Shown here in pieces: positions 39,336 to 53,100 of a DNA stretch of 64,000 nucleotides. The stretch covers positions 186,001 through 250,000 of the forward strand of contig JAQGDQ010000264.1 in the NCBI GenBank assembly GCA_030141605.1, given 5' to 3'. Every line of letters begins with the position of its first letter. The stretch's first letter is position 1. The notes beneath the pieces are model-generated. The model saw nothing but the letters and a program-made list of their open reading frames with translations, was not told where the DNA came from and searched no databases. This stretch comes from Tubiluchus corallicola (taxonomy: Eukaryota > Animalia > Priapulida). The translations under genes and the position numbers were made by a program.

Positions 39336-39769
39336 GACAGTGTCACCTGCAAAAATGTTTTGGCATTTGTGCTGCCCAAGTGTCTGCCACTGAAGTGTCC
39401 ATTGCCTAAAGGTCTACTCAATCAACTGCACTAAAAACTTTGTTGGTTTTGCTAGTTCAAGAGTAAACCATAAAAAACTAGTTGGAAGAACTCCTGACAC
39501 TGATGTCCTTCAAACAGTTCCACTACCTAAATTTTATTTCAGCTTAGCAACTGTTTACCCCCATCTCAATGCTATATAATATTAAGGCGGTAAGCATGCT
39601 TATAGCTACCGAATATCTATTGCATTATATTAAAGAAGGGGGTACCTAAGAACAGGTTTCTATGCATCATAAAATCATCATAATTATAGTACACTTGAGT
39701 GGTGAGTTGTAAATTTTTTGTTACTGTATCATTTACTACAAGCCTGCTGTCAGCAAAGTATAGCTCTGG

Positions 39770-39900
39770 ACCTCTGGTAAGCGCGCGGTGGTTTGTAGTG
39801 CCCGCGAGATACAGATACAGAAATCACCATCGGTGCCAATGAAAGGTTTCCTACATTTCTCACACCATCTTTTGTGACAGTGTCACAGCGGGAATTTTAG
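39770..39900 (+). promoter_or_regulatory. Candidate promoter/first non-coding exon of the PPP1R35-like gene
   Basis: Local CpG cluster (gcgcgcgg, cccgcgag) ending at a donor ag|gtaatt (39901), followed by a polypyrimidine-AG acceptor at 39955. Confidence 0.4.
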
Positions 39901-41260
39901 GTAATTCGTGGACAGTTATTGCTTAATTTTGTTCATTCGCTTATTTCTTTTTCAGATGTCGGTTCCAATGACTACAATTTTCTTTTTGACCTTTAATGAG
40001 TGTTGTTTACGGTGTCTTTATGCATTATCAACATTTTTTAACGAAAACAGCAGCAATTCACCGAAAATTTACAAGCTAAGCGTCCAGTCTTGGCAACATA
40101 ATTAATACAGCTTTCTGTCCATAAGCGCATTTGCGAAGTTTGCCGTCTGCAGTTGGGGAGGAATTGTCTCTGCTGTTATATATTTTATCTATTGTAAAAT
40201 GCTATGTGTGATGTTTAAAGCTTGCTCGCTATCTCCGGTGTTACGTATCACTTCGTCGTGTACAGCGGCGCTACGTACCGCCTCGCCGTGTGCCCGCTTG
40301 GAATGTACTACCTTATTATGTTCCTTAATAATGTTCCTCGTGGTACATGGCGCCATCAAACATGGCCATGCAATACACAGCGAGGGTACAAGGTGAGGTC
40401 TCAACCTTCAAGTTGAGGTAGTACATGAGAATATCAAATAAGTGCAAATGTTCCACAATGTTCCATGTGATTTAGAAGACGGAGCTTGGAGATTGACTAT
40501 TATCATGTATTGCAGAATATTCGAACGTGAATGGTTTTACATGGTGCTTTGCAGCTCGCCAGCTGCACTATGAATTTTATCAAATAAATGAATGTCATGC
40601 ACTTAACATAATACAACAATGTAATTATGGCATTGCAATAAATTTATATTTGTATATTTTGCTCTTTTTTCAGTGTGTCGCATCCCATACCAGAAAACTG
40701 AGACTCAAATAGGGATTGACAAGTGAAAGTGAGATACATTATGTATTTGCTCCACATAACAGTATCTCAGCAAGGCTAGAAGGCAGCAGCCTATATTGGA
40801 CAAAAACCCCGGACAAGATCTACTAAATGTTCTTTTAGTTATTTTTGACAAACAGAACTTTTGAACGATATTTGGCAAGGTAACTAGTAAACAAAAGCTG
40901 TAAGCTTTCGTTGTGCCTGGGACTACCATCACTCCGACAATGCATGTGAGCAGTGGAAACTGCTGACAACTTTCTAACGCAAATGCAAAGATCTCCCACA
41001 TTGCTAGCACTGTGCTTGTCGAGTATTCAGGTAGTATGGCGATTGGTGATTTTACATCTCAATTTAACCTCTGCCATTATAAGATGATAAATTAATTTGT
41101 CAGTTTTGCATCTAGACAGCTCAGCTGCCTATAAATTAATGATAAGACTTGCTGGTGATCAAAGAACAGTTGTGATATCTTAATATGGAAAATTGACTGT
41201 GTAACTAACAGTAAGGATAGTTAATATTAGTAGCTACAGGATGACTTGTAACTGCCACTT

Positions 41261-43491
41261 ATGGAGATGACTGATGCTGAAGAACCTGCAGTTTGCCCTG
41301 TACCACAGTCGTTACCAAATGAAATTATTAAGATTTACCCAGATCCTATTTTGAAATTAACACCCGAAAGATCTGGAAATGTGCTTCATAATTTGCAGAA
41401 GAAAGTTTTACCTGCTAAAAATGGAAAGAAATTATCTTTGGACATTAGATTGCGAGCAAAATCAGAAACTACTAAAGTTGGCACGACAAAATCTACATAT
41501 CCCAAACATGGTGAAATGCAGACATTGGGAGAACAAGTCAGTAGTAACCAATGCAATTCTGCTGGAGCAAAAAAGCAGGCAGTGTGCTCAAAACCTGGCA
41601 TAGTTAAATCAGCACGGTCTGAGCTTTATCACAATTCAATATACCCAGCTGCTAGAATGGCTAAAATTAAACAAAGTGGGACAGAAGTTGTGAGTGAACC
41701 TGTGTATGTACACCCTTCTGAAACACATAAATTAGTGCCAAGTGTGCAAACTAGAAAGTTAGAAAGCTTTGACATAGTAGACCAGGGTGCAGCGATTTCT
41801 GGCCTGTCTAAGCCGGAGGTACATACGAACTTAAAGCTTGTTGATGATCTGCAACATGTGAAAAATGAACAAATAGACTTAGCCAAGGCAGTTGAGGAAA
41901 GAATATCTAGTTCTGAAGAAGCATTGCAGCAGCTTAATATAAAGGTTTGTTTTATTATACATGTATGGGTAATTGAGGCCAGATGGTACAGTGGTACCTC
42001 TGGTATCCTGCTGCATGTATGTTAATATGCTATGTTCAATGATTCGAATAAAGACATCAGAACAATTACTGGTGATTTTTTTAATCAAGCAGCTATGTCT
42101 TTTAGTAAAGTTTCCTTGTCAGGTCTTGAATGATGTCTACTGAGTGCATTACTTTTTTAATTGTTTTTATTATCTGTGTTTCTACTTTCTCCCCATTTGT
42201 TTCTGCAACTAACATGTGGGAGTTTACATCTTTCCAAAATAGTGTCGCTGTTTATTGATGCTTTTCTACCGGCATTCTTTTTATACGGTATATGTGTTGT
42301 CTTTAGTCTGCTGCAGGTGTAGAAGTCCATGAACCAATGTTCACAGATCTCATAGGACTAGATGTTACTAGAGACAGAATTTTAGGTGAAGTTGTCGAAG
42401 AACAAATAGGAACAACAAAACCACAATTTCTGTCAACGAAAATTGATAAAGTAAGTTTTATGGAAGAATTCAGTTCAACTTGTAAATAGACATAAATGTT
42501 AGAATTACATGTCAAATCTGAATATATTATAGATTATTAAAAATATTCTTGATGTCAATTTTTAAGTGTTTCATTGAGCCACTATCAGTATGGCTAAAGT
42601 TTACATAATGACTATCATTTAGATGTACAGTCAAAGATGTACAAGCATTATAGCATACTTACATCATTTCAAAAAAAAACTATGATGTATATTTGCATGC
42701 TATAGTGATGCAAATGCTGTATCCAGATATGCAGTGTTGATGTCTTACTGCATAAGTAAAAGATGTTGAATCTTATTAATGTTACCACTTTTGATTGTAC
42801 TTAATTGAATTCCGCTAGTACATACTATCTTTCTTCCAGTTACTTTCATTAACACATACTTCCTCTTTTCCTGTGTGATCCTTCCCTTTTCTTTTTTTAG
42901 TTTGCATGTCAGTGGGCTTATACAGGCCTTTGCTTCTCTAGCCCACTATGGTACAATTATTCTTTTATGATAATGATGATGTATGAAACATAATACTACC
43001 GGATCATGTAACAATATTGTTAGTTTGTCGCCATCAATTGAATCTTACTTTTGCCCTGAATATGCTAAAAAATAAAACTTCAAAGTAGTCTGCATGGGCC
43101 TATTCGGTTACCATGTTCAAAATAACGTAAGAATTTTTGTTTGAAAGCAGCGGTAGTTAGGATGTAATTCCTGCCTTTTTTACACTTTCTGAAACTCTTT
43201 GCTAGAATTTGTTACTCAAGGTCGCAAGAAACAAAGCTACAAAGGACAACAATGGTTCCTAAATGTGCAAGCTGGAATTCTTTCGGCATTAAGCGTAACA
43301 ATGTGATAATTTCTTTTTTGAAGGTTCCAGATTTGATGAAGTATTTGTCGGATGACTACTGGCATGAACCATGCAACTTTAGCACAGAACCTCTGAGTCA
43401 CACTCAACCTCGTGGGAGAACTACTTCACTGTCTTCACTACTGGATATGATAGAGCACAGACGAGTATGTGATCGTGCGGGGCACTCTTGA
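41261..43491 (+). CDS. PPP1R35: PPP1R35-like centriolar protein (PPP1R35 C-terminal domain), 3 coding exons, ~331 aa
   Basis: Exons 41261-41944, 42307-42450 and 43324-43491 are joined by phase-0 GT-AG introns. The C-terminal half (LSKPEVHTNLKLVDDLQ..IDLAKAVEERISSS..MFTDLIGLDV..VPDL) resembles my recollection of vertebrate PPP1R35 (FDAAKAVEEQLRKS..LFRDLVSLQV..GPDM). The N-terminal half is unrecognisable and the start codon is uncertain. Confidence 0.72.
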
Positions 43492-46400
43492 TAAATTATG
43501 GTAAAGTAGCTAACAAACTTGGTATACAATTTTTACTTGCTGAGGCTTCAGAACTTTGCAAATTTGGGGAAGTTATTAAACTTGTCTTATATTAGTTCTA
43601 AAAAATTTATTACCTGTTAGAAAAATTGGAAATTATGTTTTGTGTGCAGATATGTTGCTAAAGAACCGAGTTCCTCCTACAGCGCACAGTGTTGATGTCA
43701 TGAGTAGCGCTGTTTAAAGCTTAAAAATTTTAACTTGTACGTTGACTACCAGGTGCACCCATTTTAATGTTCCTTCAATCATTTGTTTTGAAATTCAACT
43801 AAGTTCAGTTTCCTACGAGATAGGCAAAATACAATGTGCTTAAATTACTATTTTTGCCAAAATAAACTATATAATTTCATATGTAAATTTATTAAACAGC
43901 TAATTATGCATAATGAAATTGCATATAGTTGAAAGCATGGTAGCTTTTTCTTGCCAACACAAGCTGTTTAGATTACTGATATTTTTCTGATCGCACAAGT
44001 TTTTCAATTGCTGGTAGATATAAATTTATTTTATGATTTTTTTTGAAACTGTCTGTAATTTACTAAAGTTTTCCTTATTCAAGAATAGATTAAATGATTT
44101 AAGCAAGCCAATACAGGTCAGAACAAATACCAAAGAATGTTTTTAAACTATTTTTGTAAATACAATGGCAAAAGTGTTTTGCTGTAGACTAAACATTATG
44201 GGTGTGCAGGAAAAATTATTGACCTTGTTATAATTCAATGATCCTGTGATGCTGAGCTGCTTTTATTAAGATAAGCCAAGTGTCATTGTTCTTTAGTTGA
44301 GAGTAAAGTTTCTAACTGATGTTATACTGTTGATTAAACCTTAAACAAACACAGTTTTTATATCTATAGTATTTTCAGTTTTTCTGTTTCTTTTTGATGC
44401 TACAACTACATTTTTCAACTAGCTTGGCACTCTTATCAGAACTATCTTAACATGTAGAGACTCTAAAAACAATTTAACGATCTTGTAAGAAATGATTCCA
44501 GACTAATAATCACACTCACCTCCTTAATTCTTTTGTAATATGGAATGGACATTGTTTGGTGAATGCACGTGGTCTCCCGCCATACCATTCCAGCTTAGTT
44601 ATTTTTCATTAATGATTGAAGATCGAAAACATGATTTATAAATTTTTTATGGCCTTCAGCATTAGCCAAAATATGAATAGTAACCAATTCTGCATTATTT
44701 TGCCGAATTTGCCACACAGGCAACTGAATTAGTAATGTTATGATACCTGGTTTATATGCGCCTCTCAACGGCATTATGCTAAAGTTGTCTCTGAAATGAA
44801 CAATCATGCAAATCAAACTTTTCTGCATGAAGGTCCTGTTTTCTGTAATAAAATTGTGTGTGGAAGTTTAAGAACATGGATGTTTAATTAATTCAATGCC
44901 AATGTGACCAGTCTCAACTGAAATATCAATGCAATGAACTAAATTCAAAAATTATCTAAAGCTTTACATATTAGTCTTAATTAGTGATTAGTTAGCCGCC
45001 ATTTCAACTTGCAGTTGCAATTTTCCAAGAATGAACAGCAGCACATTACTAATATTTTTTATCCACTGGAGAATGACATACATGTACATTACCACATTAT
45101 TTATGATTTTATAAAATTTATTATAACATTCAACAGGCACTTGGCAAATGACACTGCAAATAGACATAATAATTTAAGGCTTGCATTAATGATACAATGA
45201 TATGTTAACAATGAATGTTATTATTATCACGAATTTACGATACCTAAAAGGTATTTTTCTGCTTGTCAAATCATATTTAGTTAGTAAAATAATTTGTTTT
45301 TTGTTTTTCGAACAAGTAGCATTTCACAGTTGAGCTCTAATAGAACTGTTTTAAAATTTTATACACTACTTTATTAGCTTTTGGTTTATGCATAAATGAA
45401 TGCAGATGATTTGCGAGTAACTTCTCGTCATCATGAATTACACTCAGTAACGACTTTAGTTAACAGTAGTCTATGAATGAGCAATGTCTCAACAAATGTC
45501 TTCAATAGCTTCATAGCAAACAACTAACCATTTAAGTTTGACAACAGTGACATTATAGAACACCTTTTCTATTGAACTAGTACAGGTAAATTCAATGTAC
45601 TTTAGTGACTCAATGACATTTGTTTACTTATTTTAATCAAAAAAAAACATTGACTTAAACATACCTGATAAAAACTGAATATTCAGATATAATCACCAAG
45701 AAATAAATAAATTATTTCACATATTTACAATAGAAATGTCAAATGCTTTGGCTGTGCATTGTAACATTTTATTGCTACACAATACGGGGTGAGATGGCAC
45801 AATGTGTGCATGTATATACATGTACTTGGTTCATGTCTTGCATTGTGCACAATCTCATAATTAATAATTATTAATATTCATACATTTATATACAAAATAT
45901 CACACGGTGTAACAATAAACTTTCCAGGCAAATAAAACATAATTTTTCAGTGTTTTTTTTGCTGTGTTCTTGTCAAAAGAGATCACAAAACGTGAGCAAC
46001 GTAAAAATTGAATTGCTAACTTGCACTTGATTTAAGATGAGATTATGAAGCAATATTTAGTAGCTGAAAATGAATCAAATGTATTAACAAAAAAACTCTT
46101 GAATTAACGTTCAAGGATTCTTATTGTTGAATTAAGTTTTCCTGTTTTCTAGTTACATGGCCTGAAACTTGCATGTTATTTCTGATTGAATGACTTGAAG
46201 AATTGGCAGCAGATTTCAAACATAAGATGAAAGCTAACACAATAAAAACATTGCACATAAGCAGATGACGTTTTACCTGCTCATTGTGTTAGCTTTTATA
46301 TTTGTATTTATTTAGATGAAAATAAATGATGTACATGTATAAATTGCTTGCTGTCGTCATGTTACACACAGAAATAGATACAATCAGCTGTCACATATCT

Positions 46401-47195
46401 TTACAGGTTTATAACAACATAGTATCAAAAATGGATTTATCAATACAAATTTATATTGAACTTTGTACTGAAGCCATTTGATTTTTGCATAGGCCATGTG
46501 TTTTGCACTTTTATGTGCATTGCAGGTACATGAAATGTACACATATTTGTATATATAGCAAATAATCTATTAAAAACAAAGATGGGAAATCTGTTTAACT
46601 TCAAAATTAATGAATTTACAAGTGAACCATAAATGAGGTTTGGATTCATAGAAAGTTACACAATTCAAAATTGTTTCTTCATCGTTGTCTATGTTAATGT
46701 TTTATAAAGTTGCGCATCGTTAGCAAATTTTAAAGTAACTGTAGAATAACTTATCGCACTTGCGTCGCTGGCATTTCAATGCAAATTCTTTGTCATTAAG
46801 CTAATAGCGATGTGTTTAACTTCCACAAGGTTGAACCTCTTGGCACTGATTCACATGATCTGGTAACGTATTTATCAATTTGGCTTTGCTGTGGACAGAA
46901 CACCACACGGTTATGATAGAAATTGACATGAAAGTAATTTTGTACATATTTCCTGTTGTGACATTCGAATAGTTAGTAACGAACCCTTTCAACAATAATT
47001 CCTGTACGATGAATACAGGTTTGCTGAAAGATGCGTCAGTTGTTTTGGTTGAAATCTTATTTTAAAGTTTCACAGAGTGTTTTTATTGTGCCCTTCCTTT
47101 GTTTTATAACAGACATATTTTTGAACATTGCAAAGTTCAGATGGTATGGAAAAGATGAATGAGTAAATCAGCTAGGTTAGCATGCTTTACATTCA

Positions 47196-50100
47196 TTAAG
47201 ATAATCTAGCTGCCGGTGTACTGCCATATGGTTTGCTTGGCGTGTCGAATGTTGCACCTGAAAATAAAGAAAACAGCTTTGGTCATATAGTTTTTTATTT
47301 TACTGACGGGCAAAATAATCTCTATGATTACTAATTTTTGCATAAGATATCAGCACGAAATGACAAGCAGTCGCTAGGGTTCGGGAGATCTGGGTATAAA
47401 CTGGACCCCCATAGCTTCCCAATAGCCACAATCTTAATAAGCTGTTTTGCTGAAATCCAAAGAGAAGAGTACACATTTTTTTAAAAAATAGCCAATATTC
47501 AGCATTTTGATTTTTTATCATTATTAATTATTGATCATGGATCAACTGGCTGTTTATTGTACAGCGTTAACTCAGATTTTGATATTCTATACAATAGTGT
47601 TGGTATTATAAGTGACTTCAAAGTTATACGTAGATAAAGTTTGAAGAAATTCTGCAAATATTTCGAAGGCCCAACTTGTGGACACTCTGCTGCTTGGAAC
47701 AGTCACCATGCTTCGCTTTTTTGAACATTTCTTTTTATCCTGTGTAGGCTTTGTTATACAGAAGGCAGTTTTTTTAGTTTTATAGTTTTAGTGACATTTC
47801 GTACACAGTTTTCTTGCGTTCAGTGATTGGTTAAATAATGCCCATGCTTTGTTCCTGGTAAAGTCTGGGAATTAAGGGAATCTTAATGAGACAAAGTAAC
47901 TACAATAAATTCGTTTTCTCACAAAATGCGGTAGTTATGCAAAGTCTTCAGATTGGTAATGACGATCACTTCTTACACTAGAGAACATTAACATATTGCA
48001 AATTATGCATACTATAGAATTAAGTTCTCTGACCGGGAATCATGTTCATATTTACATGTGGTTTAGTTTTTCTTTAGTGTTTCATCTAAACTTGCCAAGT
48101 GCTTTATATTATGTGCAATTCTATAATGAAAACCACTTTAATTTAATTAGTTTATTTTAGTCGATTCAGAGTCTAAAGCTCTAGTTTGCGAGCTTGCAGT
48201 CCATTGTTTTTAATACAGTCAATGTGTTTTTTTATGAAAGAGTTTTACTTGAAACTGCTATACTAACCGAGATTGTTGTATGCTGTGCGGTTATTGAGTT
48301 TGAGAGCTTGCAGTCGATACCGTCGAACTTTGGCGTAGAACAAAATATTGGAAAGTATAGAGACAGTGAGAAGAGTAGCCAGTAGTGCTGTGAGTACAAT
48401 CCACGGCAATGTGCTGGTCTGTTCTAGCAGACGCTGCTTGACATTTTCTGAAAATGAACAAAATGAAGATTTGTTAGATATTGAAACTATACCTTTGTTT
48501 GCTCCTATATTTTATTTTATCAACTTTTCAACAATAATATTCATTTTGGTGAAAACAGTTTAAACAAAAGTTTTATGTTTCTGCAAGTTTGGGTAACTAT
48601 TCCCCAAAACACAAAATTTTAAAAATCAAGCCTTAGTCGTTATCAAATAATTTGGTTACCATCTTGAGCAACAAGTTCTTTATATTTTGGATCCTCTTTA
48701 TCAAAAACATCTATGGTTTTGGTCATCGGCATTTGTTCAATTTCATTGGGTTCTACAAGCTCGGATCTCTTCTTTCTCTTTCCGAAAGTTTGCCCTATGC
48801 TGGCACCATTATCATCAGTACACTCAAACTGAAACAATTTATGAAGTTAAAAAGATAAGCTGTGATCTTCAATGAGCTCTGTATTCAGTCAACAATGGCA
48901 ATCTGTTTAGGGAAGACTGAATTGAAAAATATTTTCAGTTACAGCTTCATTAGCAGTACAGGATACTATTAATAGTGTTAATTCAATTGAAAAAATCAGC
49001 AAGGTTGGGGTACTGTTCTTGGTTTTCTAAAAGGTAAGCATGGAACTGTGTCTTGGTGCAGTGGTATAGCTACTAGCTACAGGTTGTACCAACATTCTTA
49101 TGATGTTAGATTTGTAAAATTTAGCGGTGTTGCATTGCAGTTGTGTTAAGTTGTGGAGATAAATTGTTAAAATAGTAAAGCACTACTGAAAAATACGTTT
49201 GTGAAGAAATAATTCCTCCATGCAAGCTTCAGAAACTGTTATAGGTTCACTCAAAGGCTTCTTCAAATATTGACACAGGAAAGAGTGTGATTGTAATAAA
49301 TGTTCTTCACAGTTAACTTAATTTGCATTGCACAGAATTTTTGAAAACGAAGAAAACTTTGTAAACATTAAAAAGATATTAAATTACTGATCAGTTTCCT
49401 TTGTCACGCTCTTTCTGCAAAGTCTGTAAATAGCGTCTTTGTGGAAGGTTAACTTATGCCAGGTGTTTTCCCTTCTACTGTTCTTACATAATTAGCTTTT
49501 CAGTACACTTCATCAAAGGGTGCCCTCTGAAAAGTGCCGCTTGGAGAAAACTGAACCCAACCAACCCCGTATCTAGCTCTTTATCTATGCTAGTGTCTCG
49601 GGGTGTTGATTCAATTGAATAATCTGTAATGGTTTGGGGGAGGGGGTGTTTTACCAGGAGGAGGCATAGCCTGTTAGGTTATATTAAGATGTTTTTCTCA
49701 TGCTCTTCCAGCATATCAAGAGTTTTACTCAGTTTTGGTGGTGTCAACCAGTACAAAAATATAGCTCCCAGAGCATTTCATTATGTAACAATTGATTACA
49801 ATAAAACAATACAAATAGTTTGACCTACCGGCTCACAGGGGCCTCTGCACAGCATTAGTTGACATTGAAATCTGACTTGGGTGTCCTCAGCAAATTTAAA
49901 AGCTTCGAATGGCATATAAATAAACAAGTGGCCGCTATTTGCTGACTGGTCGTCTATATACGCTTTTCCAAATATTGCTGGATCCAGTGGACAGCTACAG
50001 AAGAAAGAAGTCTTAGCTTAATTTATCATTACTTTCATAAGTTTTTTTTCGTTTCTGCTCTAGTAAAGTAAGGACTTTGCATTTTATAATGCTAAGTGCT

Positions 50101-53100
50101 TAAAAGAAATAAGATGTTAAATTTATTTTTTACCGTCTTTTTTCACTGCTACTAATCAGGTTAGGAAACAGATTCAGAGTGAACCACATTTTAACATTTA
50201 AGAATAATTGTGTCCACTTTTACTTATGATTTCTAGTTACCCGTTCTCATCCAGCAACTGGTATTTCCACAAACCGTCACCAGTGAAAGCCCAACAGTCA
50301 CGAACAAATCCTCCGTAAATTCCTGCAGGAAAAACAGGAGTTACCGATTAAATTTTTGTCCGGCAACTCTGCCTCTTGATATGTTTTGCTGTAGACAGGC
50401 TTATTACGTAGACGAATGTTTATCACCTATTCACACTGCAGCGGTTTACTCAACTGATCTAGCTGTTTCACTCAAATGATTTTTTGAATTTATTTAAACA
50501 GCATCATCAGATTGCCAAGAAAAAACTTCCTAGACTTGTAATACATTGTATCTGTATCCTAGCGTTTACACTGGGGTGTCTGCATCCTTTGAATGTTATC
50601 GGGAAGTGCCAGTACAAATTATTTGTTTTTTGGAACATTGCTAGAAGCTTCTTTAAGCTACTTTGTTAATAAAATTTAATAAAGTACTATACAAGGAAAT
50701 TGCGATATTTGAAATAAAGGAAAAGTTACTGGGGTTACAATACAATTTGTTCATTATTGACACGGTCACGCAGCTCCTGTCCGTTTTATGCAACATTTCA
50801 ATATTTGAACGTTCTTACGTGTACTTACTTCCATTTGCAATGGCTATTTCTAACTCGTAAACCTCCCCTAGCCGAAGGTTAGTGACAAACCGGTCCGTAA
50901 CAAAATCATAAACGTTCATAGAAACCTGCGCTGGTGTAGATGTCTGATTAAGATTCCTTGGTGTCAAATCACTGGAAGTAAAGTACGTTTTCTTCTGTTA
51001 AAACTTTGTGCATTTTGGATGTTAATTTTCTAAAAAACTTGTTGTGAGGGCCTCTAAGTTGCTATTCACACGATTTCTGTTGCAGTGCTTTACTTTGATT
51101 AAAATATGATTAAAGGAAAGCAGGATGATTTTTCATATCCTACCCCATTTTCAAGTACGATAAAAGTATTTTTAATATATTTTAACAGCAGAAATTCAAA
51201 AGTGTTTCTGATAACTAAATAATAAATTAAAACCTTTAATTAATGGCTGGCGAGCCCAACTAGTGATGACATTACAAATGAACATAATTTTCAACAGTAC
51301 AAACATCCCGTGAGCGTGTTACACGTGAAGTACCGTGGTACTGTACAACATTTTGCAACATTCACTGTGGTATACAATAACTCGACAAATTTTAAGTTTG
51401 GGATTCAAATTTCAAATTTACCGCTATGCTCACGCATCGGCTCTTGAATGTGTGTACTACGTCACTACCGCTCACCTCTGAGCTGAGAGATGCAACACCT
51501 GTTTTTGTATAACGCGTTCTCGAGATTTAATGCTAGTGCCTATCTAACTAGCGGTATGGGAAATGCATGTAATAACAAAGCACCAGCCACGTGAACGCAA
51601 AATTACGTTTCTGTGGTAATATTTATTTCATGTAAGTCATTCTTGAAAAAAACAGTATGTCCCCTTTCAGTATTTTACAGGATAGATTGTTTTGAGCCAT
51701 AGTTAAGATTGGGTCCGGTTTTCCTTTAATTCATATATGTATATTGTATAGGGCCTATAGGCTATTCCCACTTCACTGAAAATCGATACCGAATAATGTC
51801 CAACCTTGACGTGGTTTCAGTTCAGCAAATATTCTTAAAAAAAGTTACCTTCAGTTTGTCAGACTCTTCTCAGAGTAACACTTCTTTACAATATGAAACA
51901 AGCCTTATGGGTCATGCATCATGAAGTGGTCCAAAAATTTATTACATACACAAACTTTTTGAAGCATTGTTCTAACACAGCAAAAGTGTATACATTATAA
52001 ATGTTTTTCTCACAGAAACTGAGTTAAAGCACGAGTTGAAACCATTCAGTAAAAGCCTACAATTTGAAATTGAATGTACAAGACTTTTCTCTTGCAAATG
52101 TTTCATTTCTATAAACTAGCACTATTAGTTTTCCATTATGAACAAATATATTGACTGCATAGTTATTTAGATTTCTACCATTCCACACCACCTGAATCTG
52201 CACCAGTTCCACCACACAAAGATTTGAAAAATAGACAAATATAAGCAAACTCTTGTTACCAAACTTCTGATCTTCTCTGGTATATGCCTGTGTGCTACAT
52301 GTAAAGCAAAAATTATTTTGTGAAAACCTTAACATATCCACTCTTTTTAGGGAACCAGTTCATGATGCTTGACCTATGAGGTCTTCACTGAAGGTATTTT
52401 CAAGTAGAATATTTAAGTAAGTCCTTGAGTCATTCCTTAGTTATTGAGAGATATGGTATTTTATCTACCCTAGTCCGCAATACACGTGCACCTAAGAGTG
52501 CTTACCAACACCGAGACAACTACTTAATAATACTATAGTCGTTTAACTAATGATGGCGCATGAAAAATGCGCTTTTGCAATGTACTACTCACTTGAGTGT
52601 AACATCTGAGTTTAGTATAGTTTTAGCACTGGTATCATAGGCGCATTGCACTTTATAAGCTACATCTTCAGCAGTGACAACAGTCCGATGTCTCTGTATG
52701 ACTATGGTGTTGGTGTAAATGTCTCCATCCTATTAGAAGAACAAAATAACGATGTAGATCTGTTAAAACAACTTTATTACAAGCACATTCAAACATAGTT
52801 AAATACCTTCACTGTCCAAAGTTATTAGCTATACAAGGTAAGGACAGTGTTATTAAAATTATTAAATTTGGTGATTGTTCTCTTCTGACTGTTCCACATT
52901 ATGTTTAGCACAAGTTGACAATGGCTGAAGACAGAATTTGATGGCTAAGTACTTCCAAACTGCTTTTATTTTGTCCATTCCTTTCTTTTAATATATAAAT
53001 TTTACTAATGAATAATCGCTTGTTTGTATTTGTGGAATTGGAATTTTTTGTCAATAAATTTTATTTTAGGTACACAATTATTCAGCGCAACCTATCTGCT

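Noticed and set aside
38970-39421. PTYL-rich ORFs
   Set aside because: They are translations of the (CCTA)n microsatellite strand.
40189-41010. Minus-strand ORFs (71 aa and 101 aa) as an antisense gene
   Set aside because: No recognisable domain and no coherent minus-strand splice sites; the splice signals here are on the plus strand.
42970-43062. C/D-box snoRNA candidate (ATGATGA...CTGA) in a PPP1R35-like intron
   Set aside because: Only ~8 nt of possible rRNA complementarity from memory and a weak terminal stem; the surroundings look like a LINE 3' UTR remnant.
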